Assembly: GCA_965206595.1 (NCBI GenBank) | Contig: OZ242214.1 | Span: 2,176,001-2,240,000, forward strand | Length of the DNA stretch: 64,000 nt | Source: Candidatus Latescibacterota bacterium | Lineage (GTDB): Bacteria > Latescibacterota > UBA2968 > UBA8231 | Reading direction: 5' to 3' | Shown here: positions 31,009-40,902 of the stretch, in pieces | How positions within the stretch are numbered: position 1 is the first letter of the stretch | Layout of the letters: the number at the start of each line of letters is the position of its first letter | Program-made: the position numbers and the translations under genes | Notes under the pieces: generated by a model | Told to the model about the DNA's origin: nothing | Databases searched by the model: none | The model's input: only the letters and a program-made list of their open reading frames with translations

Positions 31009-31788
31009 TCAGGCCGGCAGGCCCATGAGGTAGTTCCAGTTCCGGCGGCGGATGGCGCGCTCCTTGTAGTGGTCGCTCTGGGAGACGCCCAGCGGGTTGG
31101 CGAAGCCGAGGATGTTGTTGACGTCCTCGGACCGGCCGCGCTCGTTCCAGTCGGCAGGCTTGTCGACCGCCTCAGGGTCGTGATTCCAGGTGGGCGCGGT
31201 GTTGTCCCGGGTGCGGCGGAAGAGGAACTTGATCATGTGCCGCTTGTGCGGCGAGCGGTTGGCGGCCGTGCCGTGCCAGAGGTCGTAATGGGTGAAGGCC
31301 ACGGTGCCGGCCCTGACCACGAGCGGCACCTGGCCGCGGATGTTGGTGTACGTTGCCATGCGGTCCGTCGGGGCGTTGCGGAACTGGGAGCCGGGGACGA
31401 TGATCGTCGGCCCCATGTCCGGGGTGACGTCGGTCGGGTAGTACAGCCCGAGGAAGCGGTTGAGCAGGACGTCGCGGTTGTTGAGGCCGTCCTGGTGCCA
31501 GTTCATGTGCGGGGAGTTCGGCTGCTTGCAGTGCCAGTGGCGATGCGGCTGCACCTCGTAGTCCTGCCCGAGCAGGCTTACCAGCGCCCCTTTGACGGCC
31601 GGATGATCGAGCACTTGCCAGAGCTCGGGCACGGCTTCGGTGATGGCGTCGCCGGGGTTGCAGTCCAGAGCGTCGAGCCGGGCGGCGATCGACCCGTTGA
31701 GCCCCTCGGGAAATTGCGGCTCGACCAGGTGGTAGCCGGAGACGAGGAAACGGGCCACCTCGGCGTCGCTGAGCAGATGCTCACTCAT
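31009..31788 (-). CDS. Phytanoyl-CoA dioxygenase (PhyH) family Fe(II)/2OG oxygenase
   Basis: WHQD, MGPT.IVPGS, LWH triad. Confidence 0.85.
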   Translation of the reverse strand: MSEHLLSDAEVARFLVSGYHLVEPQFPEGLNGSIAARLDALDCNPGDAITEAVPELWQVLDHPAVKGALVSLLGQDYEVQPHRHWHCKQPNSPHMNWHQDGLNNRDVLLNRFLGLYYPTDVTPDMGPTIIVPGSQFRNAPTDRMATYTNIRGQVPLVVRAGTVAFTHYDLWHGTAANRSPHKRHMIKFLFRRTRDNTAPTWNHDPEAVDKPADWNERGRSEDVNNILGFANPLGVSQSDHYKERAIRRRNWNYLMGLPA

Positions 31789-32065
31789 CGGCGACAACCT
31801 CCATTTTCTGCAGGATGAATTCATAGCCTATCACGTCCAGCTCCCTGTCGTCGAACGGGGCCTGCAGATGGGGAAACTGGACGATCTGCCAGCCGTCGAC
31901 CACGGCGTCGTGCACGGTTGCGTAGGGCCAGTCGGGTGCCGATTCGGCCCGGATTTCGGGCGCGAAACCCGCGACCGGCTCGATGAGCGTCAGGCCGATG
32001 ATACCGGACATGACGCTCGGAGTGCGCGCCTGCAGGTAGAGCAGGCGCTGGCGGGGTGCATTCAT
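31781..32065 (-). CDS. Small hypothetical protein overlapping the phyH-like start
   Basis: RQRLLYL...WPYATVHDAVVDGWQIVQFP...YEFILQK; 8-nt overlap with next gene. Confidence 0.7.
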   Translation of the reverse strand: MNAPRQRLLYLQARTPSVMSGIIGLTLIEPVAGFAPEIRAESAPDWPYATVHDAVVDGWQIVQFPHLQAPFDDRELDVIGYEFILQKMEVVADE

Positions 32066-32211
32066 CGAGGTTGAATCACTCCTGAAATGCGGGGAAGTAA
32101 TAGCAGAAAAACCAATCGACTCAAGCCGAGGGACCGGGGATCCGGATGGGCTTGACCCCCGGGGGCGGGAAACTTCATATGCGAAACGTACACTCAGGAA
32201 GCGGGAGCAGA

Positions 32212-33219
32212 ATGCCGAAACAGCGAATAGCGATTGCGGGAGCCGGGAACATGGCCCGTACCCGGGGCCGGGCGTTTCTGGAAACCGGCCGTGCGGAAAT
32301 CTGCGGCGTCGCCGCCCGGCGCGCACAGCGTGCCGAAATCTGCGCTGCGGAGTTGGGGTGCGATGATTTCTTCGATGACTTTCGCCGCTTGGGGGAGACC
32401 GGACCGGACGCGATCCTCATCGAGGTTCCGCATCGCGTTCAGGACGAGATCTCCATCTGGGCGCTGGATGCCGGTTACGACCTCCTCGTGGGCGGCTGTC
32501 TGGCCTCGAGCGTGGAAAACGGGCGCCGGATCGCGGAAATGGCGGCCCGGAACAGGCGGATTGTGGAGGCCGGGTTCCAGCGCCGGTACGACCCTGCCTG
32601 GGAGGAAATCCACCGCCTGGTGGCGGGAAGGGAACTGGGGGCGCCGGTGATGGCCGTGACCATGGCCCTGTGGAACCCGGACCCGGAGGGGTGGTACTGC
32701 GACCAGGAGGAAAGCGGGGGGATGCCGCTTACCCACATGAGCTACTGCTACCTCAATGCCGTCCGCTGGATTCTGGGGAAGCCGGCCACCGTGTCGGCGA
32801 TGGCCAACCGGATGCGGAACACCGCTCCCGGCCGCGTGGTGGAGGAGACCTGCGGGGCCCTGATCGGATTCGAAAACGGCGCCTTCGCTTCGGCCACCGC
32901 CAGCTATATCGGCCCGGAGGGCATGCCCGACCCGCAGCCTCGTTTTGTCTGCTCGGAGGGAGGGATTCAGCCGAATGCCGACAACCCCCCCGGCAAGGAT
33001 TCCATCACCGTTTTTCGAGGGGGCGGTTCCGAGGTTCGCGCCTTTGAGACCGAGCCGTCTCCGCATGTCCGGCAGGCAGCCGCCTTTCTCGATGCCATGG
33101 AGAGCCGCCGCCAGGCCCGCAATCCTCCCGAAGATGCCCTGCTGGATGTCGAAATCGCTGAAGCCGTCTCGGTTTCGGCGAGGGAAGGAAGGACGGTTTC
33201 GCTGGATGAAATGCGGTAG
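32212..33219 (+). CDS. Gfo/Idh/MocA oxidoreductase (copy 1)
   Basis: IAIAGAGNMA; highly similar to 40903-41910. Confidence 0.88.
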   Translation: MPKQRIAIAGAGNMARTRGRAFLETGRAEICGVAARRAQRAEICAAELGCDDFFDDFRRLGETGPDAILIEVPHRVQDEISIWALDAGYDLLVGGCLASSVENGRRIAEMAARNRRIVEAGFQRRYDPAWEEIHRLVAGRELGAPVMAVTMALWNPDPEGWYCDQEESGGMPLTHMSYCYLNAVRWILGKPATVSAMANRMRNTAPGRVVEETCGALIGFENGAFASATASYIGPEGMPDPQPRFVCSEGGIQPNADNPPGKDSITVFRGGGSEVRAFETEPSPHVRQAAAFLDAMESRRQARNPPEDALLDVEIAEAVSVSAREGRTVSLDEMR

Positions 33220-33293
33220 CCGCTCGCCATGGGGCGCAAATGGATGAAGCACACCCATCCTGGTAGAGACATCGGAACGACCGCCGACCCGGT

Positions 33294-34035
33294 TCAGCCC
33301 CGGAAGCCCGCAGGCTGACCACCTGCCCAGTTCCGATACTCCTCCCATGCGTCTTCACGGCTCACGAACGTCTTGAAGACCGCACGGGCACTGAAGGTAT
33401 ACTGGGTCAACGGCTGGCAATCCTTTATGAGCATGGCAAAGTCCCACGCCGGATTCGTCAGTCCGCCCCCTGTCGGCTGAACCGCGAACCGCAGGGACTC
33501 GGTGCTCCGGAACATCAGTTGGAGCATCATGTTGCGCCAGCATCCGAAAAAGAACGGATGGACGTACCGGACAGGTCGGATGTTGTGGAACAATCCCCCC
33601 TTCGGATCCGGTTCACCCTTGACCAGCGCACCCGCTTCGCTCGCAAAGACACGCGCGTTCAGCGGCTGTTCCCCCAACGATTCAACCCATTGCTCGGAAC
33701 CGTTTTCGTCCGCACGGCCGAGGAAGCAGGTGGTCCTGTTTTCGGGGTTGTGGATGTAGCTTGCCCAGAACAGCCCCAGCCAATCCCCCTCGAAGGCGCC
33801 GGGATGGGCAACGCACGTGGTTTCCAGATCGATGTAGTGCGGCGGTACGAGGGTGAAGGTGGTGCTGACCTCGAGGCGGCGGGGTTCGGGGATAGCGGTA
33901 GTCAGTTGGACCGAATTGTCGTCGAGCCTGGTGAGTCGGCTCGGCGTTGGCGGGGTTCGAGCTTGCCAGCGAGCCAACGGGAATCAAACGATTTGCCTGA
34001 CCGGTCAAAGACGAACTTGGAGCTCAGGCTGCTCT
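33294..34035 (-). pseudogene. 5'-truncated, frameshifted copy of the 39820-40767 gene
   Basis: Near-identical TPPTPSRLTRLDDNSV...AWEEYRNW; similarity ends near 34035. Confidence 0.82.
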
Positions 34036-34191
34036 CTTGTACCGTCCGCAGGGCCCTGGGCCGGCTGGGTCAGCGAATCCACATAGGGAGGGAGTAGTAC
34101 ATGGGGGGAGTTCCCGCCGATGGTTTGCCAGATGGAGTTCTGGAGACCATCGAAATGACTCAGCACAACCCCACCCTCTCCGGGAATTTCT

Positions 34192-35061
34192 CTATTCTCC
34201 AACTGGTTCTGATGTACCCAAATGAAAAGAGCCCTCCCGGTTAGAAATAAAGCACTGATTCTTACCGTCAGGCGACCAAGACAGCTGCCAGTCGTCTTGG
34301 TGTGCAGGATCGAACATCCTTACGTTCGTTCCATCCGAGGTCATAATAAAAATCAGGTTTCCCCCACCCCGGTCGGACGAAAAGGCGATCTCACCATTAG
34401 GAGACCAAGCCGGATTCCAATCCTTCCCTGGATGATCGGTCAGTCGGGTAATCACCCCGCTTCCGATGTCCACTACACAGACATCCAAATTACCAAAGCG
34501 TTCACTTTCGAAAGCTAGTTTTGTTCCGTCAGGCGACCAGGAAGATCGAGCGTCCATGCTCTCATGATTGGTCAAATTACGTAGGCTCCCGTCATGATCT
34601 GCAAGGTAAACTTCCAGATTCCCGTCCCGAAATGTAGTGAAGGCCAGCGATTTCCCGTCCGGAGACCAAGCTGGGTGGATACCATCAGCCATGATAAAAT
34701 TGATTTTCCCTTCGGAATCAAAGCGGTAAATGTCAAATGAGCTTTTACCCATTGCTGCGAAGGTCACTTCTCCATTGGGGTGCCAAGAAATACCTCCTGT
34801 AGATGTCAGCGGTGTTTCCAGCGGTATGGTCTTCAGCAGTTCTCCTGTAGTGGATCTAAAATAAAAATGGTTTCCTTCACCAGTATGGCGAAAATAGCAG
34901 ATCATTTCCCCGTTAGGGGACCAGATCGGAGTGACCGCACCAGAATCGGATAACCGCCGTATTATTCCATCCGTAGAGCAGTAAACGCTTCCACTTGGAT
35001 CGTGGGAATTGGCGTTAGAATAAAAAAGAAAAAGAAAACCTAAAGCCAACCAAGTATTCAT
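34192..35061 (-). CDS. Secreted TolB-like PD40 beta-propeller protein
   Basis: RBS ggagg; signal peptide; repeated PxWSPDG. Confidence 0.85.
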   Translation of the reverse strand: MNTWLALGFLFLFYSNANSHDPSGSVYCSTDGIIRRLSDSGAVTPIWSPNGEMICYFRHTGEGNHFYFRSTTGELLKTIPLETPLTSTGGISWHPNGEVTFAAMGKSSFDIYRFDSEGKINFIMADGIHPAWSPDGKSLAFTTFRDGNLEVYLADHDGSLRNLTNHESMDARSSWSPDGTKLAFESERFGNLDVCVVDIGSGVITRLTDHPGKDWNPAWSPNGEIAFSSDRGGGNLIFIMTSDGTNVRMFDPAHQDDWQLSWSPDGKNQCFISNREGSFHLGTSEPVGE

Positions 35062-35385
35062 TAAACCTCCATTAGGCGTAATCAGGGAAATAGGAAACAA
35101 GATTTGTCTCCCCTTGAAAAAGAATGAAAGTTGCTTTTGAGGCTTCAGACCAGCGGTAAGGTAAGGGGCAATAAACAGGTATTTGGCATCTACGTAATCC
35201 GTAATCCGAAAAGATGATTCATTTTTGAGGTTCTACTTGGGGGTTATCCTAAAATTCCGGGGGCCCGGTGAAACCTTTGAAAAGCCTTGCTTGGTTGAGC
35301 TGCAGCATTTGAAACCTGCACACCCCCGCCCGGGAAACACTCGCCTGAAGTCCTCCTCGATCAGAGCAAGAATAGCACATAATTC

Positions 35386-36279
35386 TCATTCCAGGGAAGC
35401 TTTTATTTTCCCCCAGGTCATGAATTCTACGGCTGTTCCCAGAGCGGGAAGCAGTAGGCCATCAACCAGCATATCAGCCTCACCACCAGTGAGATATTCT
35501 CCCGCACCCGGATCCTCAATTAATCCTGGTTTCCACTGTGTAGGGGCAGTAGGGTTTTCAGATGGATCTACGTCATGAATAACGGGAGCGAACCCAATAA
35601 TCTGTCTGGGCAATAAATCGCTGAAAAGGGTTTCTTCCGGACTACTTCCCCACGCATCCTGGGGTGTGACATACATTTCAATAACCCATGTAACGGGGTT
35701 TTCTCCTACTACTTCTCCACCAGAATCCGCATAGGGAGGTAAAAAATGCCATGGTTGGTTTATCATAGTCGGACCTTCGGTCCCAATGGCTGGGCGGCTA
35801 ACTGTTTGAGAGATAACATCGTACATCTGGGTTTGACCAAAAATGATCGGATACTCCGCAATTGGCGTCTCATTCCGACCCCCTTTTCCCCCACTGTGAT
35901 CAGCGTCGATCAGAAGACAGATGCTATCGTTCAAAAAAATCCTGTTCTTCAAACCCGGGGCGGACCAATCATGGGTGTTTTTGTATTCATCATCTATCAT
36001 AAAAAAGGCTGCATAGATGCGGTTCGATTCATCATGCCAGGCAAGCCAGATACGAAAATCGAGATCCGATGGGTCGGGTTGTTCGAAGCCTCCTAGAACA
36101 TCAAAATCCAACAAAGTCATGGAAGGTTCCCCTATCTCATACCATTCATCAATAAGACCATCATGGATGTCAATTTTCTCCACCATTGCATCGGTAAGTT
36201 CATAAATTGGGAACAGACGGTCGCCGCTATGAGCTGACACTATGGCGGTACACAAAAATAATATGATAAAGGGTTTCAT
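35386..36279 (-). CDS. Secreted CBM9/DOMON-like protein with TAVEFMTWGKIKASLE tail (paralog 3)
   Basis: Signal peptide; DPSDLDFRIWLAWHD, EMYVTP; AT-richer codons than paralog 1. Confidence 0.72.
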   Translation of the reverse strand: MKPFIILFLCTAIVSAHSGDRLFPIYELTDAMVEKIDIHDGLIDEWYEIGEPSMTLLDFDVLGGFEQPDPSDLDFRIWLAWHDESNRIYAAFFMIDDEYKNTHDWSAPGLKNRIFLNDSICLLIDADHSGGKGGRNETPIAEYPIIFGQTQMYDVISQTVSRPAIGTEGPTMINQPWHFLPPYADSGGEVVGENPVTWVIEMYVTPQDAWGSSPEETLFSDLLPRQIIGFAPVIHDVDPSENPTAPTQWKPGLIEDPGAGEYLTGGEADMLVDGLLLPALGTAVEFMTWGKIKASLE

Positions 36280-36373
36280 TCCCCTAAATTTCCTTTCTTT
36301 TTTTAACGAAATAAGTTTATCAGGATCTTTGTTGTTTCCTATGCTTGGTGCATTTAACAAACATTAGGAAACA

Positions 36374-36484
36374 ACCTATGACCGCTATGAAGTTTCGTCT
36401 CCAGGCTGGAGACTTCAAGGGATTTCAAGCGGTGAGCGTGTGGTTCGAAGGACGCGGGGAAGGAGACGGCCGTCGTGGTTACGA
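36374..36484 (+). mobile_element. Decayed 5' fragment of ISL3-like transposase
   Basis: acctatgaccgctatgaagtt..ttcgaaggacgcgggga..ggccgtcgtggtt matches about 50392-50500. Confidence 0.7.
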
Positions 36485-37391
36485 TCGAGGATAGAGGGTA
36501 GCACGAAATTCGATGGAACTGGGTATTTTTGGTAGAACGAAGGCATCCCCCGCTTTCGTTTCCCCTGGCTATGAGAGAGGTTGTTCATGCCAGGTATCGT
36601 TGATTTTCCCACGGTGGTTGAAGAAGCGGTGTCCCTTCGCCAACGCCCCGGAAGGAACCACGAAGGTATCGACGATCAACGCCGTTCCTCGAGACCACCG
36701 CGCCTGAACCGCTCACCCAGGGGATGGGACTGGGCCCCAGGACCGACCGCTATTGATCGCCATCACCAACCCTGGTCGGCACCGACTGGGCATTCCGCGC
36801 CATAGGATTGCCGACATCGCGGGACATCACATCCTAGGTTGAAGACTCTTCAGGAGCGAGCTGTTCAAAGAGCGATCGTTTTCCGAAGATCTCCTTACGC
36901 CAAGGGCACATCGTCATGACCGGCTACGTCTACGAGTTCAAGGGCCTCGATGCGCATCCGAGGAGGGGTCGGCAAGCGCAAACTGGTGATGCCCAAGCTC
37001 ACCGGGTTCGCCTGGTGATCCGCCACCAGGGAAGCCAAGTTTCTTATCGCGTACACTGGGAGATCACTGAAATGTCGCAAACGCTGGACGCCGAATCCTG
37101 AGAGCACCATCTATGGGTGACTGTCAGACGCAGCGAGGGGCGGCAGATGGCGAGTCTGCTCGAATGCGGCAGTTGATCTCATACCTCACGCGCAAGCCTG
37201 TCGAGGGTGTGGGCGTCGGCCATAACAAGAGCGGTCGTCGCACACCCTGCGGATCAAAAGTGTTACGATCAACCAACAATGGCGCTGTTGGATCAGTTGC
37301 ACCGATCATTGCGAGCCGACTGCGGAGACTCTGGGCGTCGACAAAATCTCCTAGACACGTACCCTGGTACGACCCTCGCTGAGGGGCTGTG

Positions 37392-37899
37392 ACTCATCGC
37401 AACAACGGCAAACACCGAACCGATTCTGTGCTTATTGTGACCGATGACAGAACACGTGTATGCACACATCCCGTCTGACTTCCTCAGACAGGGTGATAGC
37501 GGGCTCCAATTATCATCACAGAATACGGTCATGAGCATCTACGACCCTGCCAAGAAAACCCCTCTGGACCAACAACAAGGCGCCATATTTCTGAAATCCC
37601 GGTTGGTGGGACGCTGAGCACTTACTGGTCCCCGCTTTTACTCATCGCAACAACGGCAAACATTGAACTTATTGTGACCGATGACAGAACACAAGTATGC
37701 ACAATCCCGTCTGACTCAGAAGGGTGATAGTGGTGCCAATTATCATCACATGAATACGGTTTTCCAAAAGCATCTACAGATGTTCCACTGCCCAAGAAAA
37801 TCCCTCCAACTAGCAGAACAGCAACAACAAGATGCTTTAACTTAGTTGGCCTCCCTTGAACATCCCGGTTGGTTGGGAATCGCTGAAGCGACTTACCGG
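37392..37899 (-). repeat. Two diverged tandem ~250-bp copies; second encodes a small signal-peptide ORF
   Basis: actcatcgcaacaacggcaaaca at 37392 and 37640; shared cttattgtgaccgatgacagaacac and caattatcatcaca blocks. Confidence 0.75.
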
Positions 37900-38100
37900 G
37901 CAAGAAAAGTCGCCCCGAAACATTGATAAACAAATTTGTTTTTTATACCTACACGACTTTCGGAAATTCTCCTGACAATGTGTCCGCGTTCGTGCTGCAC
38001 TTCCATTGGTACCCAAGATAAGGCATGATGTAATTCGACCACAAGGTTTTTTCTTGCCCAATTCCCATATTTGGGAAAATCCTATTCCTGAATCTGGCCA

Positions 38101-38160
38101 TCAAGCTCTGATCCGTATCCGTGATTTGGTCCTTAAATCGACTCCGACGCCGATTCTCAT
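38101..38160 (-). pseudogene. Truncated start of the ATPase's translationally coupled partner
   Basis: ATGA overlap; MRIGVGVD then unrelated sequence and stop after 19 codons. Confidence 0.45.
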
Positions 38161-39368
38161 GGGACCGCTCCGACCGCACCCTGCGACCACAACTCACCAA
38201 GGGTGAAGTGCTCTCGGAACTGGTCGATGTCGACCACGTTCGATGCCCTCTGGAGTTTCGTGAATCCATCCTTTTTTTCACAGAGAATGACCTCCTGAGG
38301 TTCCAGGTGATCGAGCAGGGCCGGGCAGTGAGTGGTTACGATGATCTGACTCCGCTCCGAGGCGGACCTCAGAATCTCCACCAGGTATTCCGCCAGGTGA
38401 GGGTGCACCCCGTTTTCCGGCTCCTCGATCGTGATGAGGGGTGAGTCCTGCACGCTCCTGGTAGTGACGACGAGAAGAGCAAGCAACCGGACGGTACCGT
38501 CCGAGACTGATGCAGGATTGATTGCTGCCTTGAGCTTGTCCTCTACGATCTGAAAGGCCAGCGTGTCTTCAATCGGCAGCTTTGTTGTCCTTATTTCCCT
38601 GAGTCCCGGCACAATCGCACTCAGTTCCCGGGATATCGAAACTCGGTCCTCCTCGCTCATCCTGTGTAGAATCGCGGCGAGCTTCTCTCCTGCTGGGCCG
38701 AGGGTAGCGTCGGGTTCTTCTCGATATGGCTGTCTTGCAACACTCGGAATGAAGTTGTGGAATCTCCAACCCCTGATCTCTTCCCTGAGGATGGTGCCCG
38801 GCATTGAAAAGAATCCGACTCCTACGAGGGCGAGTCGGGTCGGTTCCTGCTCCGGAACGGCAAGTGTCCTTTTCGTGCCATACCCCGTTGTCGGATCCAT
38901 GACGACAAGCATTGTGCCAGACCTCTCCAAGCCAATGGCATGCGTCTTGCCGTTCCTCACGAGTTCTGCTTTGAGGAATTCTCCTTCGATGCTGGGAATC
39001 GCATCACTCCTCAGGTCGAGTTGCAGTTGGTATTCGAAGGATCGGACGACACTAAGGTCCTTCTTCTTGTCCGAATCTTGCGGCAGGGAGACTCCGAACT
39101 CCTTCTCGAGTTTCAGCGACAGCCGGACCGGTTTCGGTTCCCGGCGCTGGCGGAGGCGTTTGTTCCTGACTTCGGCATTGCCGCCCATCTCGCTCACGGC
39201 ATAGGACACGTCGTGAATTACAGCGTTCTGCAGAAATCTCAAGGCCGAGAGCAGGTTTGTCTTTCCAGATGCGTTGGCGCCAACCACGAAATTGAACGAC
39301 CCCAACTCGATCGTTTCTACTGGTGAGCCAAAGCTCTTGAAGCCTTCGATCCGGAGTTCAGTGATCAT
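38157..39368 (-). CDS. ABC-type ATPase (AAA_21/AAA_15; SMC/OLD-like), commonly defence-associated
   Basis: IEGFKS, GANASGKTN, SDGT signature, IEEPENGVHP, VTTH. Confidence 0.88.
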   Translation of the reverse strand: MITELRIEGFKSFGSPVETIELGSFNFVVGANASGKTNLLSALRFLQNAVIHDVSYAVSEMGGNAEVRNKRLRQRREPKPVRLSLKLEKEFGVSLPQDSDKKKDLSVVRSFEYQLQLDLRSDAIPSIEGEFLKAELVRNGKTHAIGLERSGTMLVVMDPTTGYGTKRTLAVPEQEPTRLALVGVGFFSMPGTILREEIRGWRFHNFIPSVARQPYREEPDATLGPAGEKLAAILHRMSEEDRVSISRELSAIVPGLREIRTTKLPIEDTLAFQIVEDKLKAAINPASVSDGTVRLLALLVVTTRSVQDSPLITIEEPENGVHPHLAEYLVEILRSASERSQIIVTTHCPALLDHLEPQEVILCEKKDGFTKLQRASNVVDIDQFREHFTLGELWSQGAVGAVP

Positions 39369-39819
39369 CGTGCTCTTGTCCTTCGGGGATGCCCGATCTT
39401 GCGGGCTCTCCCGGGCAAGCCCGTCTCACCCGAAACCACGTCGTGTCCGGATCGCAGCCAGGCAGCAACGGATTGCCGAGGAGTTCGGTGTGTGGAAGGT
39501 GGAAAAAAGCCTCCGAAAATACCTGCGTCTGCTCCCCCTGCCAGGCACCCTGGAGGCGACAGCACGGGCGCAGCCTGAACCGGAACCGGCGATGAATCAG
39601 GGAAAATAAGCACAGATTTCGGTACTGTGCAGTTCGCTGAAAACCTACGCAAGGGGCCTAACAGGGTCCCTGATGTATGGCGGCGCACAAGGTGAAAAGG
39701 CGATGACTTCCAAGCCACCGCCCCCAGCGGCGCAGGCGCTAACCCCGGGGGCAAAGACACCCGGCAAGCAGAACCGCACACCTCAGCACCGACGCGGTTC
39801 AGCGCCGGAAGCCCGCAGG

Positions 39820-40767
39820 CTAACCACCTTCCCAGTTCCGATACTCTTCCCAGGCGTCTTCACGGCTTGCGAACGGCTTGAAGACCGCGCGGGCACTGAA
39901 GGTATACTGGGTCAGCGGTTGGCAATTCTTAATGAGGATGGAAAAGTCCCACGCCGGATTCGTCAGTCCGCCCCCTGTGGGCTGAATCGCGAATCGCAGG
40001 GACTCGGCGCTCCGGAACATCAGTTGGAGTATCATGTTGCGCCAGCATCCGAAGAAGAACGGATGGACGTACCGGACGGGGCGGATGTTGTGGAACAAGC
40101 CGCCATCCGGATCCGGCTCACCCTGGACCAGCGCATCGGCTTCGTCCGCAAAGACACGCGGGTTCAGCGGCTGTTCCGCCAACGATTCAACCCATTGCTC
40201 GGGGCCGTCCTCGTCGGGGCGGCCGAGGAAGCAGGTGGTCTTGTTTTCGGGGCTGTGGATATAGCTCGCCCAGAACAGCCCAAGCCAATCCCCCTCGAAA
40301 GCGCCGGGATGGGCAACGCACGTGGTTTCCAGGTCGATGTAATGCGGCGGTACGAGGGTAAAGGTCGTTCTGACCTCGATGCGGCGGGGCTCGGGGATGG
40401 CGGTCGTCAGTTCCACCGAATTGTCGTCGAGCCGGGTGAGTCGGCTCGGCGTTGGCGGGGTTCCGAGCTTGCCGCCGAGCCAACGGGGAATCATCGATTT
40501 GCCGGACCGGTCGTAGATGAACTCGAAGTTCAGGCTGCTCCCCCATGCCGTCCGGAAGACGTTCTCCTGCGGGCCGCGCCGGCTGTAGAGCTGGCGCACA
40601 CCGTTGTACCCGTTCGCCCGTTCAAAAGGGAAAGCGACGTCGTCATAACGGCCTTCCTTGTTCGCCCGGGAGAGTTCATCGACCCGTTTTTGGGGGAAAC
40701 CTCCTCCGTCGTTGTTGTCTACCACCTCGACGAACAGGTCACCATCCATGAAAAATTGACTTGCCAT
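39820..40767 (-). CDS. Hypothetical protein, possibly mutarotase-like beta-sandwich (intact copy)
   Basis: 315-aa ORF; GYNGV, WLGLFWASYI, GGGLTNPAWDF. Confidence 0.7.
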   Translation of the reverse strand: MASQFFMDGDLFVEVVDNNDGGGFPQKRVDELSRANKEGRYDDVAFPFERANGYNGVRQLYSRRGPQENVFRTAWGSSLNFEFIYDRSGKSMIPRWLGGKLGTPPTPSRLTRLDDNSVELTTAIPEPRRIEVRTTFTLVPPHYIDLETTCVAHPGAFEGDWLGLFWASYIHSPENKTTCFLGRPDEDGPEQWVESLAEQPLNPRVFADEADALVQGEPDPDGGLFHNIRPVRYVHPFFFGCWRNMILQLMFRSAESLRFAIQPTGGGLTNPAWDFSILIKNCQPLTQYTFSARAVFKPFASREDAWEEYRNWEGG

Positions 40768-40902
40768 GGTAAAAGCCCTTCAACTATCGGTTGAGTTTTG
40801 CCTACTGTGTCTGTGGCAACTGAGGTTTGTAGTCGTGCGATTGGTTGGGCATGGATTCGCTGCTGCGGGAATTAAACTCGAAAAAGCGGGAGCGGTAGCA
40901 CA

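Noticed and set aside
36586-37101. Possible IS701-like transposase scraps (MPGIVDFPTVVEEA; HRVRLVI)
   Set aside because: Too short and degraded to support without a search.
37392-37899. Possible CRISPR array
   Set aside because: Only two long diverged units, no repeat-spacer periodicity, no cas genes.
39440-39605. Possible IS1380-type right end (atgaatcaggg) with a short coding remnant
   Set aside because: Short match only, no partner IR.
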